A stretch of DNA of 64,000 bases from Eledone cirrhosa (GCA_964016885.1 OZ024759.1:19468001-19532000); one strand, 5' to 3'. Positions 11,265 through 27,015 are shown, counted from the first letter of the stretch. Numbers and translations: made by a program. Notes: generated by a model from the letters alone, not told the origin.

Positions 11265-13689
11265 ACCTCTCTATCTACCTCTCTCTTTCTCTACCTCTCT
11301 CTTTCTTTACCTCTCTCTTTCTCTACCTCTCTACCTCTCTCTACCTCTCTCTCTCTCTCTCTACCTCTCTCTCTCAATCTACCCCTCTCTCTCTCTACCT
11401 CTCTGCCTCTCTCCCTCTCTGCCTCTCTCTCTCTACCTCTCTGCCTCTCTCCCTCTCTGCCTCTCTCTCTCTACCTCTCTGCCTCTCTCTCTCTATCTAT
11501 CTCTCTCTACCCCTCTCTCTCTACCTCTCTCTCTCTATCTATCTCTCTCTGCCCCTCTCTCTCTACCTCTCTCTTTCTCTACCGCTCTTTTTCTACTTCT
11601 CTCTCTCTCTATCTACTTCTCTCTCTCTCTACTTCTCTCTCTCTCTATCTCTCTCTACTTCTCTCTCTATCTCTCTCTACCTCTCTCTCTCTACTTCTAT
11701 CTCTCTACCTCTCTACTTCTCTCTCTCTACCTCTCTCTTTCTCTACCTCTCTACTTCTCTCTCTCTCTCTACCTCTCTACTTCTCTCTCTCTCTACCTCT
11801 CTCTCTCTCAATCTACCTCTCTCTCTCTCTCTCTCTCTCTACCTCTCTCTCTCTCTCTCTACATCTCTCTCTCTACCTCTCTCTCTCTTCCTCTCTCTCT
11901 ACCCCCTATCTACCCCCCTCCCTACCCCCTATCTACCCCCCCCCTCTCATAGTTTCACATTCTCATCCTTTTCTTTCTTCTCTCTCTCACTATCACGTTT
12001 ACCTTCTTTTTATTATTTTTACTCTCCCTCATTTCCCCCTCTCTATCATCTTTACCTTCTCTCTTCCCCCTCGGTCTAATATCTATACTCTCTCTCTCTC
12101 TCTATCTCCCCTTCACTCTATCATCTTTACTTTCTTTCTCTTATCTTCCCCCTTTGTCTAATATCTTCATACTCTCTCTCTCTCTCTCTCTCTTTCTAAT
12201 CTTCCCCCCCCCTAATATCTATCTTCCCCCTCTGTTTAATATCTTTACTCTCTCTCACCCACTCTCTCTCACCCACTCTCTCTCACCCACTCTCTCTCTT
12301 TCTCATCTCAACTCTCTCTTTCTCTCTCTCGTATCTCCCCCTCTGTCTAATATATTTATTCCTCTCTCCCTCCCTCCCTCCCCCCTCACCCCCCCTCACT
12401 CTCTCCCCCCCTCACCCCCCCCCCTCACTCTCTCCCTCCCCCTCACTCTCTCTCTCTCTCAATCAATGATACTGACCGTATCAGCCAATCGAAAGTCCGT
12501 TTGACGTCAATGTTGTTATTTTTTTTGCATCCCAGATTTTCATCCATCAAGTTGCTTGCAGCCTCCGCACCACCACCACTACTACTACTATCAGTACCAT
12601 CACTATCACCACCACCACCACCACCACCACCACTACCCGCATCATCACCGCCACCACCGCCACCACCACCACCACCGTCATACCTACCACCACCGTATTC
12701 TCAAGCCGACGCTGCTGCATCGGTACACGTTGCACATGAAGGGGACAGATTTTTGCACAGGGACACCAACAGTGCAGCGAACCCCCCCCCCCCCCCCATC
12801 TTATACACGCACACACCACACCCCTGCACACTCACACACACACCCTGCGCACACACACACCCCTGCGCACACACGCCCCTGCACACACACACCCTGCACA
12901 CACACACACACACCTGTACACACACACCTGTACACACACGCCCCTGCACGCACACACCCTGCACACACACACACACCTGTACACACGCCCCTGCACACAC
13001 ACACACACATACCCCTGCACACACACACACATACCCCTGCACACACACACTGCACACACACATACACCCTGCACATACACACCTGTACACACATGCCCCT
13101 GTACACACACACAGACACACACACACACACACACACACACATGCACACACACACATGCAAGCTCCTTCCTCCAACAACCACTTGCTCTATCACATTTCTC
13201 AAACGTCTTACCTCCCCTCTCACTCTTGTGCTGTTTCTTCTCTCTCTCTTTCCCTCTCTCCATCCCTCTCTCCATCCCTCTCTCCCCTCTCTCCCCCTCT
13301 CACCCCCGCTTCTCTCTCCTCCTCTCACCCCCGCTCCTCTCTCCTCCCTCTCTCCTCCCTCTCTCCTCCCTCTCTCCTCCTCTCACCCCCCGCTCCTCTC
13401 TCCTCCCTCTCTCCTCCCCCCCTCTCCTCTCTCTCTACCCTCTCCTTACCCTTTTCCCTCTCTCTGCCTGCCTTCTCCCCTCTTCCTACCCTTTTCCCTT
13501 TCTCTGCCTTCTCCCCCTCTCTCTCTCCTCGCTCCTCTCTCCCTCTTCTTCCATTCTCTCTCTTCTCTCATCTCTCTATTTTTCTCCCTCCATCTCACTT
13601 TTTCCATCTCTCTTTCCTTTACACTCGCTCTCCCTCTCTCTCTCTCTCTTTCCCCTCTATCCCACTCTATCTTTCTAACGCTCTCTATC

Positions 13690-13740
<51 letters not shown>
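11265..13740. repeat. Polypyrimidine (CT)n/CTAC tracts, (CAC)n and (CA)n-CCCTG minisatellite
   Basis: Direct inspection; the ORFs here are low-complexity artefacts. Confidence 0.9.
12483..12510 (+). promoter_or_regulatory. Candidate CCAAT box plus palindromic CRE site
   Basis: AGCCAATC at 12483-12490 and TTGACGTCAA at 12501-12510 in a short unique island between simple repeats. Motif match only. Confidence 0.3.
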
Positions 13741-13741
<1 letters not shown>

Positions 13742-13859
13742 AATCCCGGAGAGCCGAGTGCCTTCTACCATGCTTCAAGGAGGAACAGGCATGAGTGTCA
13801 CAGCATCTCCATTCTGCTACCTTTCTATTGAATACCTGAGTACTTCGGACTAAGCTTGC

Positions 13860-14660
13860 ACCATCACCGCCATCACCACCAACACCACCAACACCGTCAT
13901 CATCATCATCATCATCATCAATGTAATTGTCCTCAATATCCCAGTCACCACCACTACCACTGTCATTTCTATCAACAACACCATCATCATCATCTCGACC
14001 AACACTAACACCACTATCACCGCCTCGACCACCACCACCACCACCACCACCACCACTACACCGTCACCACCACCACCACCACCACCACAACAACAATACT
14101 ATCATCACCTCGACTGCCAACACCGCCATCATCATATCCACCATCAACACTATCACCACCACCACCACTACCACTACCATCACCTCCACCATCACCTTCA
14201 CCTCCAGCATCACCTTCACGAACAACACCGCCACCACCATCACCACTATCATCACCACCGCTTCCACGAACACCACCACCACCATCACCACCATCACCAC
14301 CATCACCACCATCACCTTCACGAACAACACCACCACCACCACAACCACAAACACCACCAACAACACCAGTACCACCACCATCAACACTATCATCAGCATC
14401 ACCACTACCATCACCTCCACGAACACCACCACCACCACCCTCACCACCAACAACACCACCAACAACACCACCACCACCATCAACACTATCATCAGCATCA
14501 CCACCACCACCACCTTCACCACCACCCTCACCACCAACACCACCACCACCCTCACCACCCTCACCACCACCACCACCACCATCCTCACCACCAACAACAG
14601 CACCACCAACACCACCACCACCACCACCAACAACAGCACCACCAACACCACCACCACCGT
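13860..14660. repeat. (CAC/CAT/CAA)n cryptic trinucleotide repeat
   Basis: Direct inspection. Confidence 0.9.
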
Positions 14661-14889
14661 GATGTGAGAAGGTAAGTTCTTGGCTGGGTGAATCGATCAC
14701 CCCACCCGCTGGGAAATCTATTCTATTTTCTTGTCATTTGTCTTTTATTTGATGTATATATTATTTCTGTCGTTGCCATGTTTGGGAAAGGCATGAACGT
14801 TGCAACATCTTTTCTGTTAGCTTCTCTTGAAAATCGTACTCCTTGCCTCTTTGCTACAGCCAGAGGTCAGTAAAAAAAAAAAAAAATCA

Positions 14890-17800
14890 CTACCATTATC
14901 ATCATCATCATCATCATTAACACTACAGCCACCAACAACACAACAACATCACTATCACCATCACTACAGACACCTACAACACAACAACATCACTATCACC
15001 ATCACTACAGACACCTACAACACAATCAACACCATCACCAGCATCACTGCAGTCACCACCACCGACACCACCATCAACACTACAGCCAACACCACCATCA
15101 ACACTCTCACCACCATAAACAGCACAGCAGCTACTATCATCTTCATCATCATCATCAACAGCACAGCCACTAACACCACCACCATCAACACCACCACCAT
15201 CAACACCACCACCATCAACACTACTACCATCAACACCTACACCATCAACACCACCACCATCAACACCTACACCATCAACACCTACACCATCAACAACACT
15301 ATCAACACTACCACCATCAACACCACCACCATCAATAGCACCACCATCAACAACACCACCATCAACAACACTACCACCAACACTACCATCAACACCACCA
15401 CCGTCAACACCACCACCATCAACACCTACACCATCAACACCTACACCATCAACACCACCACCATCAACACCACCACCATCAATAGCACCGCCATCAACAA
15501 CACCACCACCACCACCACCACCAACAACACCACCATCAACAACACCACCATCAACAACACCACCATCAACAACACCACCGTCAACAACACCACCGTCAAC
15601 ACCACTACCATCAACACCACTACCATCAACAACACTACCATCAACAACACTACCATCAACACCACTACCATCAACAACACTACCATCAACAACACCACCA
15701 CCAACAACACCACCACCAACAACACTACCATCAACAACACTACCATCAACACCGCCACCACCAACAACACTACCATCAACAACACCACCACCAACAACAC
15801 TACCATCAACACCACTACCATCAACAACACTACCATCAACACCGCCACCACCAACAACACTACCATCAACAACACTACCATCAACAACACCACCACCAAC
15901 AACACTACCATCAACACCACTACCATCAACACCACTACCATCAACAACACTACCATCAACAACACTACCATCAACACCGCCACCACCAACAACACTACCA
16001 TCAACAACACCACCATCAACAACACCACCATCAACAACACCACCACCAACAACACTACCATCAACAACACTACCATCAACACCGCCACCACCAACAACAC
16101 TACCATCAACAACACCACCACCAACAACACTACCATCAACACCGCCACCACCAACAACACTACCATCAACAACACCACCATCAACAACACTACCATCAAC
16201 AACACCACCATCAACAACACCACCATCAACAACACCACCACCAACAACACTACCATCAACAACACTACCATCAACACCGCCACCACCAACAACACTACCA
16301 TCAACAACACCACCACCAACAACACTACCATCAACAACACTACCATCAACAACACTACCATCAACACCACTACCATCAACAACACTACCATCAACAACAC
16401 CACCACCAACAACACTACCATCAACAACACCACCATCAACACCACCACCATCAACAACACTACCATCAACACCACCACCATCAACACCACCACCATCAAC
16501 AACACCACCATCAACACCACCACCACCAACACCACTACCATCAACACCACCACCATCAACAACACCACCACCATCAACAACACCACCATCAATAGCACCA
16601 CCATCAACAACACCACCATCAACAACACTACCATCAACACCACCATCAACATCACCATCAACAACACCACCATCAACAACACCACCATCAACAACACTAC
16701 CACCAACAACACCACCATCAACACCACCACCATCAACAACACTACCATCAACACCACCACCATCAACAACACTACCATCAACAACCCTACCACCAACAAC
16801 ACCACCATCAACACCACCACCATCAACAACACCACCATCAACAACACTACCACCAACAACACCACCATCAACACCACCATCAACACCACCACCACCATCA
16901 ACAACACTACCATCAACAACACCACCATCAACACCACCACCATCAACACTGCCACCATCAACACCACCACCATCAACACTGCCACCATCAACAACACTAC
17001 CATCAACAACACCACCACCAACACCACCACCAACACCACCACCATCAACAACACCACCATCAACACCACCACCATCAACACCACCACCATCAACACTGCC
17101 ACCATCAACAACACCACCACCAACAACACTACCATCAACAACACTACCATCAACAACACCACCATCAACAACACCACCATCAACACCACCATCAACAACA
17201 CTACCATCAACAACACCACCATCAACAACACCACCATCAACACCACCATCAACAACACTACCACCAACAACACTACCATCAACAACACTACCATCAACAC
17301 CACCACCATCAGCAACACTATCAACAACACCACTACCAACAACACCACTACCATCAACAACACTACCATCAACAACACCACCATCAACAACACCACCATC
17401 AACAACACTACCATCAACAACACTACCATCAACACCACCACCATCAGCAACACTATCAACAACACCACTACCAACAACACCACTACCATCAACAACACTA
17501 CCATCAACAACACCACCACCAACAACACCACAATCAACAACACTACCATCAACAACACTACCAACAACACCACTACCATCAACACCACCACCATCAACAA
17601 CACTATCAACAACACCACTACCATCAACACCACTACCATCAACAACACTACCATCAACAACACCACCATCAACACCACTACCATCAACAACACTACCATC
17701 AACAACACTACCATCAACACCACCACCATCAACAACACTACCATCAACAACACCACCATCAACAACACCACCATCAACAACACCACCAACAACAACACTA

Positions 17801-19630
17801 CCATCAACACCACCACAATCAACAACACTACCATCAACAACACTACCATCAACAACACTACCATCAACAACACTACCATCAACAACACTACCATCAACAC
17901 CACTACCATCAACAACACTACCATCAACACCACCACCATCAACAACACTACCATCAACACCACTACCATCAACAACACTACCATCAACACCACCACCATC
18001 AACAACACTACCATCAACAACACTACCATCAACAACACTACCATCAACAACACTACCATCAACAACACCACCATCAACACCACTACCATCAACAACACTA
18101 CCATCAACAACACTACCATCAACAACACCACCATCAACAACACTACCATCAACAACACTACCATCAACAACACTACCATCAACAACACTACCATCAACAA
18201 CACCACCATCAACACCACTACCATCAACAACACTACCATCAACAACACTACCATCAACAACACCACCATCAACACCACTACCATCAACAACACTACCATC
18301 AACAACACTACCATCAACAACACCACCATCAACAACACCACCATCAACAACACTACCATCAACAACACCACCATCAACAACACTACCATCATCAACACCA
18401 CCATCAACAACACTACCATCAACAACACCACCATCAACAACACTACCATCAACAACACTACCATCAACAACACTACCATCAACAACACTACCATCAACAA
18501 CACTACCATCAACAACACTACCATCAACAACACTACCATCAACAACACCACCACCAACAACAACACCACCATCAACAACACTACCACCACCAACACCACC
18601 ATCAACAAGACCACCACCAACAACACTACCATCAACAACACTACCATCAACAACACCACCATCAACAACACTACCACCACCAACACCACCATCAACAACA
18701 CCACCATCAACAACACTACCATCAACAACACCACCACCAACAACAACACCATCAACAACACTACCATCAACAACACTACCACCACCAACACTACCATCAA
18801 CAACACCACCATCAACAAGACCACCACCAACAAGACCACCATCAACAACACTACCATCAACAACACTACCATCAACAACACCACCATCAACAACACTACC
18901 ATCATCAACACCACCATCAACAACACCACCATCAACACCACCACCACCAACAACACTACCATCAACAACACCACCATCAACAACACTACCATCAACAACA
19001 CCACCATCAACAACACTACCATCAACAACACTACCATCAACAACACTACCATCAACAACACTACCATCAACAACACTACCATCAACAACACTACCATCAA
19101 CAACACTACCATCAACAACACTACCATCAACAACACTACCACCAACACCACCACCAACACCACCACCAACAACACTACCATCAACACTACCATCAACACT
19201 ACCATCAACACCACCACCATCAACAACACCACCATCAACAACACAACCACCATCAACACCACTACCATCAACACTGCCACCATCAACACCACCACCACCA
19301 ACAACACTACCATCAACAACAACACTACCATCAACAACACTACCACCACCACCACCAACGACACTACCATCAACACTACCATCAACACCACCACCACTAA
19401 CACCACGTGCAACAACACGGCCACCACCACCTTCATCAACAACAACATGACCACCAACACAACCACCACAACCACCATCAACATCAACACCACTAACACC
19501 ACCATCAGACCACCACCGTCACCACAACCATCAACAACAACATGACCACCAAAACAACCATCATCAACAACACTAACACCACCATCACACCACCACCAGC
19601 ACCGCCGCCACCACCACCATCATCATTATC
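14890..19630. repeat. ~4.5-kb minisatellite, dominant 15-bp unit AACAACACYACCATC
   Basis: The unit translates as NNTTI. It is built from triplets lacking stops, which explains the 1572-aa and 1354-aa ORFs. Confidence 0.95.
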
Positions 19631-19987
19631 AACATTATCGGTGTCGCTGTTTTTCCTGAATTTTTTCCTTCTATCTTCCTATCTTCCTCTCTTCTTCCTG
19701 GTCGTCTTTTCCTCTGGTGTTGGTCGCGCTGGAGGTGTTTATGAAGCAGTGCCGTGCTGAGTTTCATGAGGTCATGTCGTTTCGTATTGTTTCTCGGGTG
19801 GATTTTGAGTTTTCTATGGGTGAGATAGGGCTAAACACGTAAAACAAAAACAAAAACATCACAAACACAAACACACCACCACCGCCACTACCAAACCCAC
19901 CCGTTCACCTGGTAATCTATCTCTCTACCTACCAATATATCTATCATCTCTCTATCATCTCCCTATCTAGCTATCATCTATCGATCT

Positions 19988-20730
19988 AAAGAGGAAGAGA
20001 GGAAAGGGGTACTCACGCTTCGTACTCCTGGAGATGAGGGTTGCACATTTTTTCGGGGGTATGTGTTACCCATATGTAACGTCTCCCCCTATTGGGGAAA
20101 ATCGATTAATTTTTAAATTGCATTTGTGATAGTATTTTACACGTTTTTATTGTATGTAAACTTCCCCCTTTGTATTTGTCCCCTTCTTTTGTGCCCCTGT
20201 GGCTAATAAAGAAACATATCTATCTAACGAAAGAGAGGCGGTTTTCCTCTGTACAGTGGCTATAGTGAAGGAGGTTATATGGTGGACGAGATTGAGAGGA
20301 CTGAGGACAGATGCCTTTCTCTCCCGACAACAATTGATTCCCTTCTTTAAGTATCACTTTAGAAGGAGAATCAGGGTGGAGAGAGAGTCACTGCACCCCA
20401 GCAAATTTACTGAAAGGTGGGTGAATGTGGCAAAAATGGCCCGAGTGATTGGACCTTCTCTGTTTATAAGCCCGTAGGTTAAAGAAGAGAGCAAAAGGAA
20501 GAAAGGAGCACTTGCACAACACGCTCCTGAAGTTGAGGGTTGTTCTATCGACGGGGTATTAAACGACCCATTTGTGGTGCGTCCCCCCTATTGGGGATTT
20601 CGATTGTTATAATTGTTTGTTTTATATTTTTTACACGATTGTATGTAAAATCCCCGGCATGTATTGTCCCCTTTTCTTGTGCGCCCTTGTGGCAAATAAA
20701 GAAATCTATGTATCTACCGATCTATCTATC
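19988..20730 (+). mobile_element. Two tandem 3' fragments of an L1/Tx1-like LINE in TATC-type repeats
   Basis: 20230-20477 encodes ...KEVIWWTR...FTERWV..., resembling a Tx1/L1 ORF2 C-terminus. Homologous UTRs 19988-20215 and 20480-20705 both end TGTGGC(T/A)AATAAAGAAA followed by TATC repeats. Confidence 0.55.
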
Positions 20731-20805
20731 AATATATCTAAATATGTATCGAAAAGGCATGTCGAATACAATCCGAAACCGCTTGGCATCGCGGTCGGGT
20801 CCCTG

Positions 20806-20903
<98 letters not shown>

Positions 20904-21017
20904 GACCAATCTATTTGTCTATCATCTATCTATATATTGAAAACGTGTGCCGAAACCGCTTGGCATCGCGGTTGGGTCCCTGTCTCTCTCTCACTCTCTG
21001 TCTCTCTCTCTCTCACA

Positions 21018-21075
<58 letters not shown>

Positions 21076-21251
21076 CTATTTGTCTATCATCTATCTATAT
21101 ATTGAAAACGCGTGCCGATACCGCTTGGCATCGCCGTCGGGTTTTTATCTCTTTCTCTCTGTCAGTCTCGTAACTCATGTAGAGATAAGTCACGTTTCTA
21201 TTGTTGTTGATCTTGTTGTTCATGTTGCTGATATTATTGTTATAGTTGTCC

Positions 21252-21432
21252 CGGTAGAGGGTCGGACGCCATGCTTTGACGCATAGAGTTACGGCCCTTG
21301 CCATTCTGAGTTCAAATCCTGCCGAGGTTAACTTTGCCTTTCATTCTTACGGGGTCGATAAAATAAAGTACCAGTAATGCACTGGCTTAATTGCCGGCCT
21401 TGTGCCTTGTGCCAAAAGTAGAAACAATTATT
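21252..21432 (+). mobile_element. SINE family A, slightly 5'-truncated
   Basis: CGGTAGAGGGTCGGACGCC...GAGTTCAAATCC...GGCCTTGTGCC...GTAGAAACAATTATT. Confidence 0.9.
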
Positions 21433-24400
21433 GTTGTAGTTGTCGTTGTTAGCGTTATTGATGCTGTTGTTGTTGTTGTTGTTGTTACTGTCGTCGTTGC
21501 TGTTGCTGTCGTTGTTGCTGTCGTCGTTGTTGTTGTTGCTGTTGTTGTTGCTGCTGCTGTTGTCGTTGTTGCTGTTGTCGTTATTGTTGTTGTCGTTGTT
21601 GCTGTTGTTGTTGTCGTTGTTGTTATTGTTGTTGCCGTTGTTATTACTGTTACTACTACTGTTATTACTATCACTATTGCTGCTGTTGTTATTGTTGCTG
21701 TTGTTATTACTGTTACTGCTGTTATTACTATCACTATTGCTGTAGTTATTGTTGCTGTTATTGTAGCTGTCGTCATTACTGTTACTGCTGCTGTTATTAC
21801 TGTTACTGCTGCTGTTATTACTATCACTGTTACTGCTGTTGTTATTGTTGCTGTTGTTGTAGCTGCCGTCATTACTGTTACTGCCGTTGTTATTACTGTT
21901 ACTGCTGCTGTTATTACTATCACTATTGCTGCTGTAGTTATTGTTGCTGTTGTTGTAGCTGCCGTTATTACTGTTACTGCTGCTGTTATTACTATCACTA
22001 TTGCTGCTGTAGTTATTGTTGCTGTTGTTGTAGCTGTCGTCATTACTGTTACTGCCGTTGTTATTACTGTTACTGCTGCTGTTATTACTATCACTATTGC
22101 TGCTGTTGTTATTGTTGCTGTTGTTGTAGCTGCTGTTGTTGTAGCTGTGGTCATTACTGTTACTGCCGTTGTTATTACTGTTACTGCTGCTGTTATTACT
22201 ATCACTATTGCTGCTGTTGTTATTGCTGCTGTTGTTGTAGCTGTGGTCATTACTGTTACTGCCGTTGTTATTACTGTTACTGCTGCTGTTATTACTATCA
22301 CTATTGCTGCTGTTGTTATTGCTGCTGTTGTTGTAGCTGTGGTCATTACTGTTACTGCCGTTGTTATTACTGTTACTGCTGCTGTTATTACTATCACTAT
22401 TGCTGCTGTTGTTATTGCTGCTGTTGTTGTAGCTGTGGTCATTACTGTTACTGCCGTTGTTATTACTGTTACTGCTGCTGTTATTACTGTTACTGCTGCT
22501 GTTATTACTATCACTATTGCTGCTGTTGTTATTGTTGCTGTTGTTGTAGCTGTCGTCATTACTGTTACTGCCGTTGTTATTACTGTTACTGCTGCTGTTA
22601 TTACTATCACTATTGCTGCTGTAGTTATTGCTGCTGTTGTTGTAGCTGTGGTCATTACTGTTACTGCCGGTGTTATTACTGTTACTGCTGCTGTTATTAC
22701 TATCACTATCGCTGCTGTAGTTATTGTTGCTGTTGTTGTAGCTGTCGTCATTACTGTTACTGCCGTTGTTATTACTGTTACTGCTGCTGTTATTACTATC
22801 ACTATTGCTGCTGTTGTTGTAGCTGTCGTCATTACTGTTAGTGCCGTTGTTATTACTGTTACTGCTGCTGTTATTACTATCACTATTGCTGCTGTAGTTA
22901 TTGCTGCTGTTGTTGTAGCTGTGGTCATTACTGTTACTGCCGTTGTTATTACTGTTACTGCTGCTGTTATTACTATCACTATCGCTGCTGTAGTTATTGT
23001 TGCTGTTGTTGTAGCTGTCGTCATTACTGTTACTGCCGTTGTTATTACTGTTACTGCTGCTGTTATTACTATCACTATCGCTGCTGTTGTTATTGTTGTT
23101 GTTGTTGTAGCTGTGGTCATTACTGTTACTGCCGTTGTTATTACTGTTACTGCTGCTGTTATTACTATCACTATTGCTGCTGTAGTTATTGCTGCTGTTG
23201 TTGTAGCTGTGGTCATTACTGTTACTGCCGTTGTTATTACTGTTACTGCTGCTGTTATTACTATCACTGTTACTGCTGTTGTTATTGCTGTTGTTGTAGC
23301 TGTCGTCATTACTGTTACTGCCGTTGTTATTACTGTTACTGCTGCTGTTATTACTATCACTATCGCTGCTGTAGTTATTGTTGCTGTTGTTGTAGCTGTC
23401 GTCATTACTGTTACTGCCGTTGTTATTACTGTTACTACTATCACTATTGCTGCTGTTGTTATTGTAGCTGTTGTTGTAGCTGTGGTCATTACTGTTACTG
23501 CCGTTGTTATTACTGTTACTGCTGTTATTACTATCACTATTGTTGCTGTTGTTATTGTTGCTGTTGTTGTAGCTGTCGTTATTACTGTTACTGCCGTTGT
23601 TATTACTGTTACTGCTGCTGTTATTACTATCACTATCGCTGCTGTAGTTATTGTTGCTGTTGTTGTAGCTGTCGTCATTACTGTTACTGCCGTTGTTATT
23701 ACTGTTACTGCTGCTGTTATTACTATCACTATCGCTGCTGTTGTTATTGTTGTTGTTGTTGTAGCTGTGGTCATTACTGTTACTGCCGTTGTTATTACTG
23801 TTACTGCTGCTGTTATTACTATCACTATTGCTGCTGCTGTTATTGTTGCTGTTGTTGTAGCTGTGGTCATTACTGTTACTGCCGGTGTTATTACTGTTAC
23901 TGCTGCTGTTATTACTATCACTATTGCTGCTGTTGTTGTTGCTGTTGTTGTAGTTGTGGTCATTACTGTTACTGCCGTTGTTATTACTGTTACTGCTGCT
24001 GTTATTACTATCACTATTGCTGCTGCTGTTGTTATTGTTGCTGTTGTTGTAGCTGTGGTCATTACTGTTACTGCCGTTGTTATTACTGTTACTGCTGCTG
24101 TTATTACTATCACTATCGCTGCTGTAGTTATTGTTGCTGTTGTTGTAGCTGTGGTCATTACTGTTACTGCCGTTGTTATTACTGTTACTGCTGCTGTTAT
24201 TACTATCACTATTGCTGCTGTTGTTATTGTTGCTGTTGTTGTAGCTGTGGTCATTACTGTTACTGCCGTTGTTATTACTGTTACTGCTGCTGTTATTACT
24301 ATCACTATTGCTGCTGCTGTTGTTATTGCTGTTGTTGTAGCTGTGGTCATTACTGTTACTGCCGTTGTTATTACTGTTACTGCTGCTGTTATTACTATCA

Positions 24401-24810
24401 CTATCGCTGCTGTTGTTATTGTTGTTGTTGTTGTAGCTGTGGTCATTACTGTTACTGCCGTTGTTATTACTGTTACTGCTGCTGTTATTACTATCACTAT
24501 TGCTGCTGTTGTTGTTGCAGTTGTTGTAGCTGTGGTCATTACTGTTACTGCCGTTGTTATTACTGTTACTGCTGCTGTTATTACTATCACTATTGCTGCT
24601 GCTGTTGTTGTTGTTGCTGTTGTTGTAGCTGTCGTCATTACTGTTACTGCCGTTGTTATTACTGTTACTGCTGCTGTTATTACTATCACTATTGCTGCTG
24701 TTGTTATTGTTGCAGTTGTAGCTGTCGTCATTACTGTTACTGCCGTTGTTATTACTGTTACTGCTGCTGTTATTACTATCACTATTGCTGCTGCTGTTAC
24801 TGTTGCTGTT
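21432..24810. repeat. ~3.3-kb minisatellite, ~96-bp unit of GTT/ACT/GCT/ATT triplets (~30 copies)
   Basis: GTTATTACTATCACTATTGCTGCT...GTCATTACTGTTACTGCC recurs with triplet-sized length variation and grades out of a (GTT)n tract next to the SINE tail. Confidence 0.92.
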
Positions 24811-25069
24811 GTCTTCGCTGCTAGTGGTGAAGGTGGTGGTAGTGGTGGACTACACCAACACCTTGTCCTCTCTCGTTCCCACAAGGTCCCCATACCATAT
24901 CTATCCCTATCCACCCCACCCTTATTTATCACCATTATCTGCTGCTGTCACCTCCAGGTTTACTTTACACACTAAACGATGTGCAGTTTGTGAGTAAAGG
25001 TGCTTTCTCACGCATTGTCACCTTTTCTTGTTTTTATGGTTTGTTTCATTTCAGCTTTTTATAAGGGGC

Positions 25070-25472
25070 TTCTTCTCTCTTCTTCTTCCATCTTCTCCTT
25101 TTTCTTCTTCTTCAGCCTTTTCTTCTTTTTCTTTTTTCCTTTCTTCTTTTCCTTTTCATTCTTTTTCTTCTCTCCTTCTTCTTCTTCTTCTTCTTCTTCT
25201 CCCCTTTCTTCTCTCCTTCTTTCCTTTCTTCTTTCCATTCTTTTTCTTTCCTTCTTCTTCCCTTCTTTTCTTCTTTTCTTCTTTACTTCTTTTCTTCTTC
25301 TCTTTCTTCTTCTTTTCTTCTTTTCTTCTTTTCTTCTCGTTCTTCTTTTCTTCTTTTCTTCTTCTTTTCTTCTTTTTTTCTTTTCTTCTTTCTTCTCTGT
25401 GTGTGTGACACTCATCACCTCAGTCACACACATACTTCCTTCGAGTAATGTCAGCAGATGATTCTGCGGCCT

Positions 25473-25529
<57 letters not shown>

Positions 25530-26641
25530 TCCACACATACGCATTCACACATTCCATATACAAACATATATATATATATACACACATACACACATTCCCA
25601 CACACATACACACGCATACACATACTGACATACATGTGAACACATACACATCACGAACACATTCACACATATAGCCACACACCTGCATACACCTGCATAC
25701 ACACACACCCAAATATCTTCCACACACATACGTACACACACACAAACACATACACACATATACACAAAAATACCCAAAGACACGTACATACACACACACA
25801 AATACCCCCTACATGCGCATACGTACACACACATACACACGTGGACACATACCCCCCCCCCCCCACACACACACACACACGCACACATACACACGTGCAC
25901 ACATACCCCACACACACACATATACCCCCCCACACACACACACATACCCCCCACACACATCCCCCCACACACATAAAGGGGCTCACACATACGTACACAC
26001 ATACACACACACTCCACATACCCCCCACACATACGTACAAATACAAACACACGTGCACACGTACACACACATATACTCACACACATACACATACATCCCA
26101 CACACGTACACACACACATGCACACATACACCCCACTTACACAGGTGCACACATACACATATACCCACACACACACGTGCATACATACACACACACATAA
26201 ACAGATACAAATACCCAGTTACGCACACATTTACATACACATAACACATATACCCACACACATATAACCACACATACAGTTACACACACACACACACACA
26301 CGCATACACACACATATACACACATACACACACACGCACACACATATACACACACACATGCAGACACACACACACACAGACACACACACATATACACACA
26401 CATATACACACACACATACATGCAGACAGACACACACAACCACACATACACACTTGCACACAGCCACAATTACACACACATACACAGACACACACATACA
26501 TGCAGACAGACACACAACCACACATACACACTTCCACACAGCCACAATTACACACAACCACACATACACACTTACACACAGCCACATTTACACACACACA
26601 CGCACACACACAGCCACACGCGCACACACACACACACAGCC

Positions 26642-26700
<59 letters not shown>
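25070..26700. repeat. (CTT)n-rich tract followed by (CA)n-rich compound microsatellite
   Basis: Direct inspection. Confidence 0.92.
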
Positions 26701-26879
26701 CACGGCCACAGTGAGAAGCCGAAAGCTACAGTAACCAGTAGAACATCAGTATATCTGTAATTTCTCTCCTTGGCTCGTGTCGCATTGACCATCCCTGATA
26801 GGAACATATTTATTTACAAACTGATTACTGTCATCAATACTGGCAATCAGGTATTGATTATTTTCTATTAATTTCTATC

Positions 26880-26934
26880 ATATATAGATATGGATATATA
26901 CATACAGATATATATATATAGAGAGAGAGAGGTG

Positions 26935-26968
<34 letters not shown>

Positions 26969-27015
26969 TGTATGTATATATATACAGATATATATAGATA
27001 TAGAAAGAGAGAGAG

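Noticed and set aside
14827-19545. 1572-aa mucin-like NNTTI ORF and its 1354-aa antisense ORF
   Set aside because: Triplet minisatellite with no signal peptide, flanking domain or splice support.
21387-24975. 1194-aa and 1182-aa V/I/T/A ORFs
   Set aside because: Minisatellite artefacts; the plus ORF starts inside a SINE tail.
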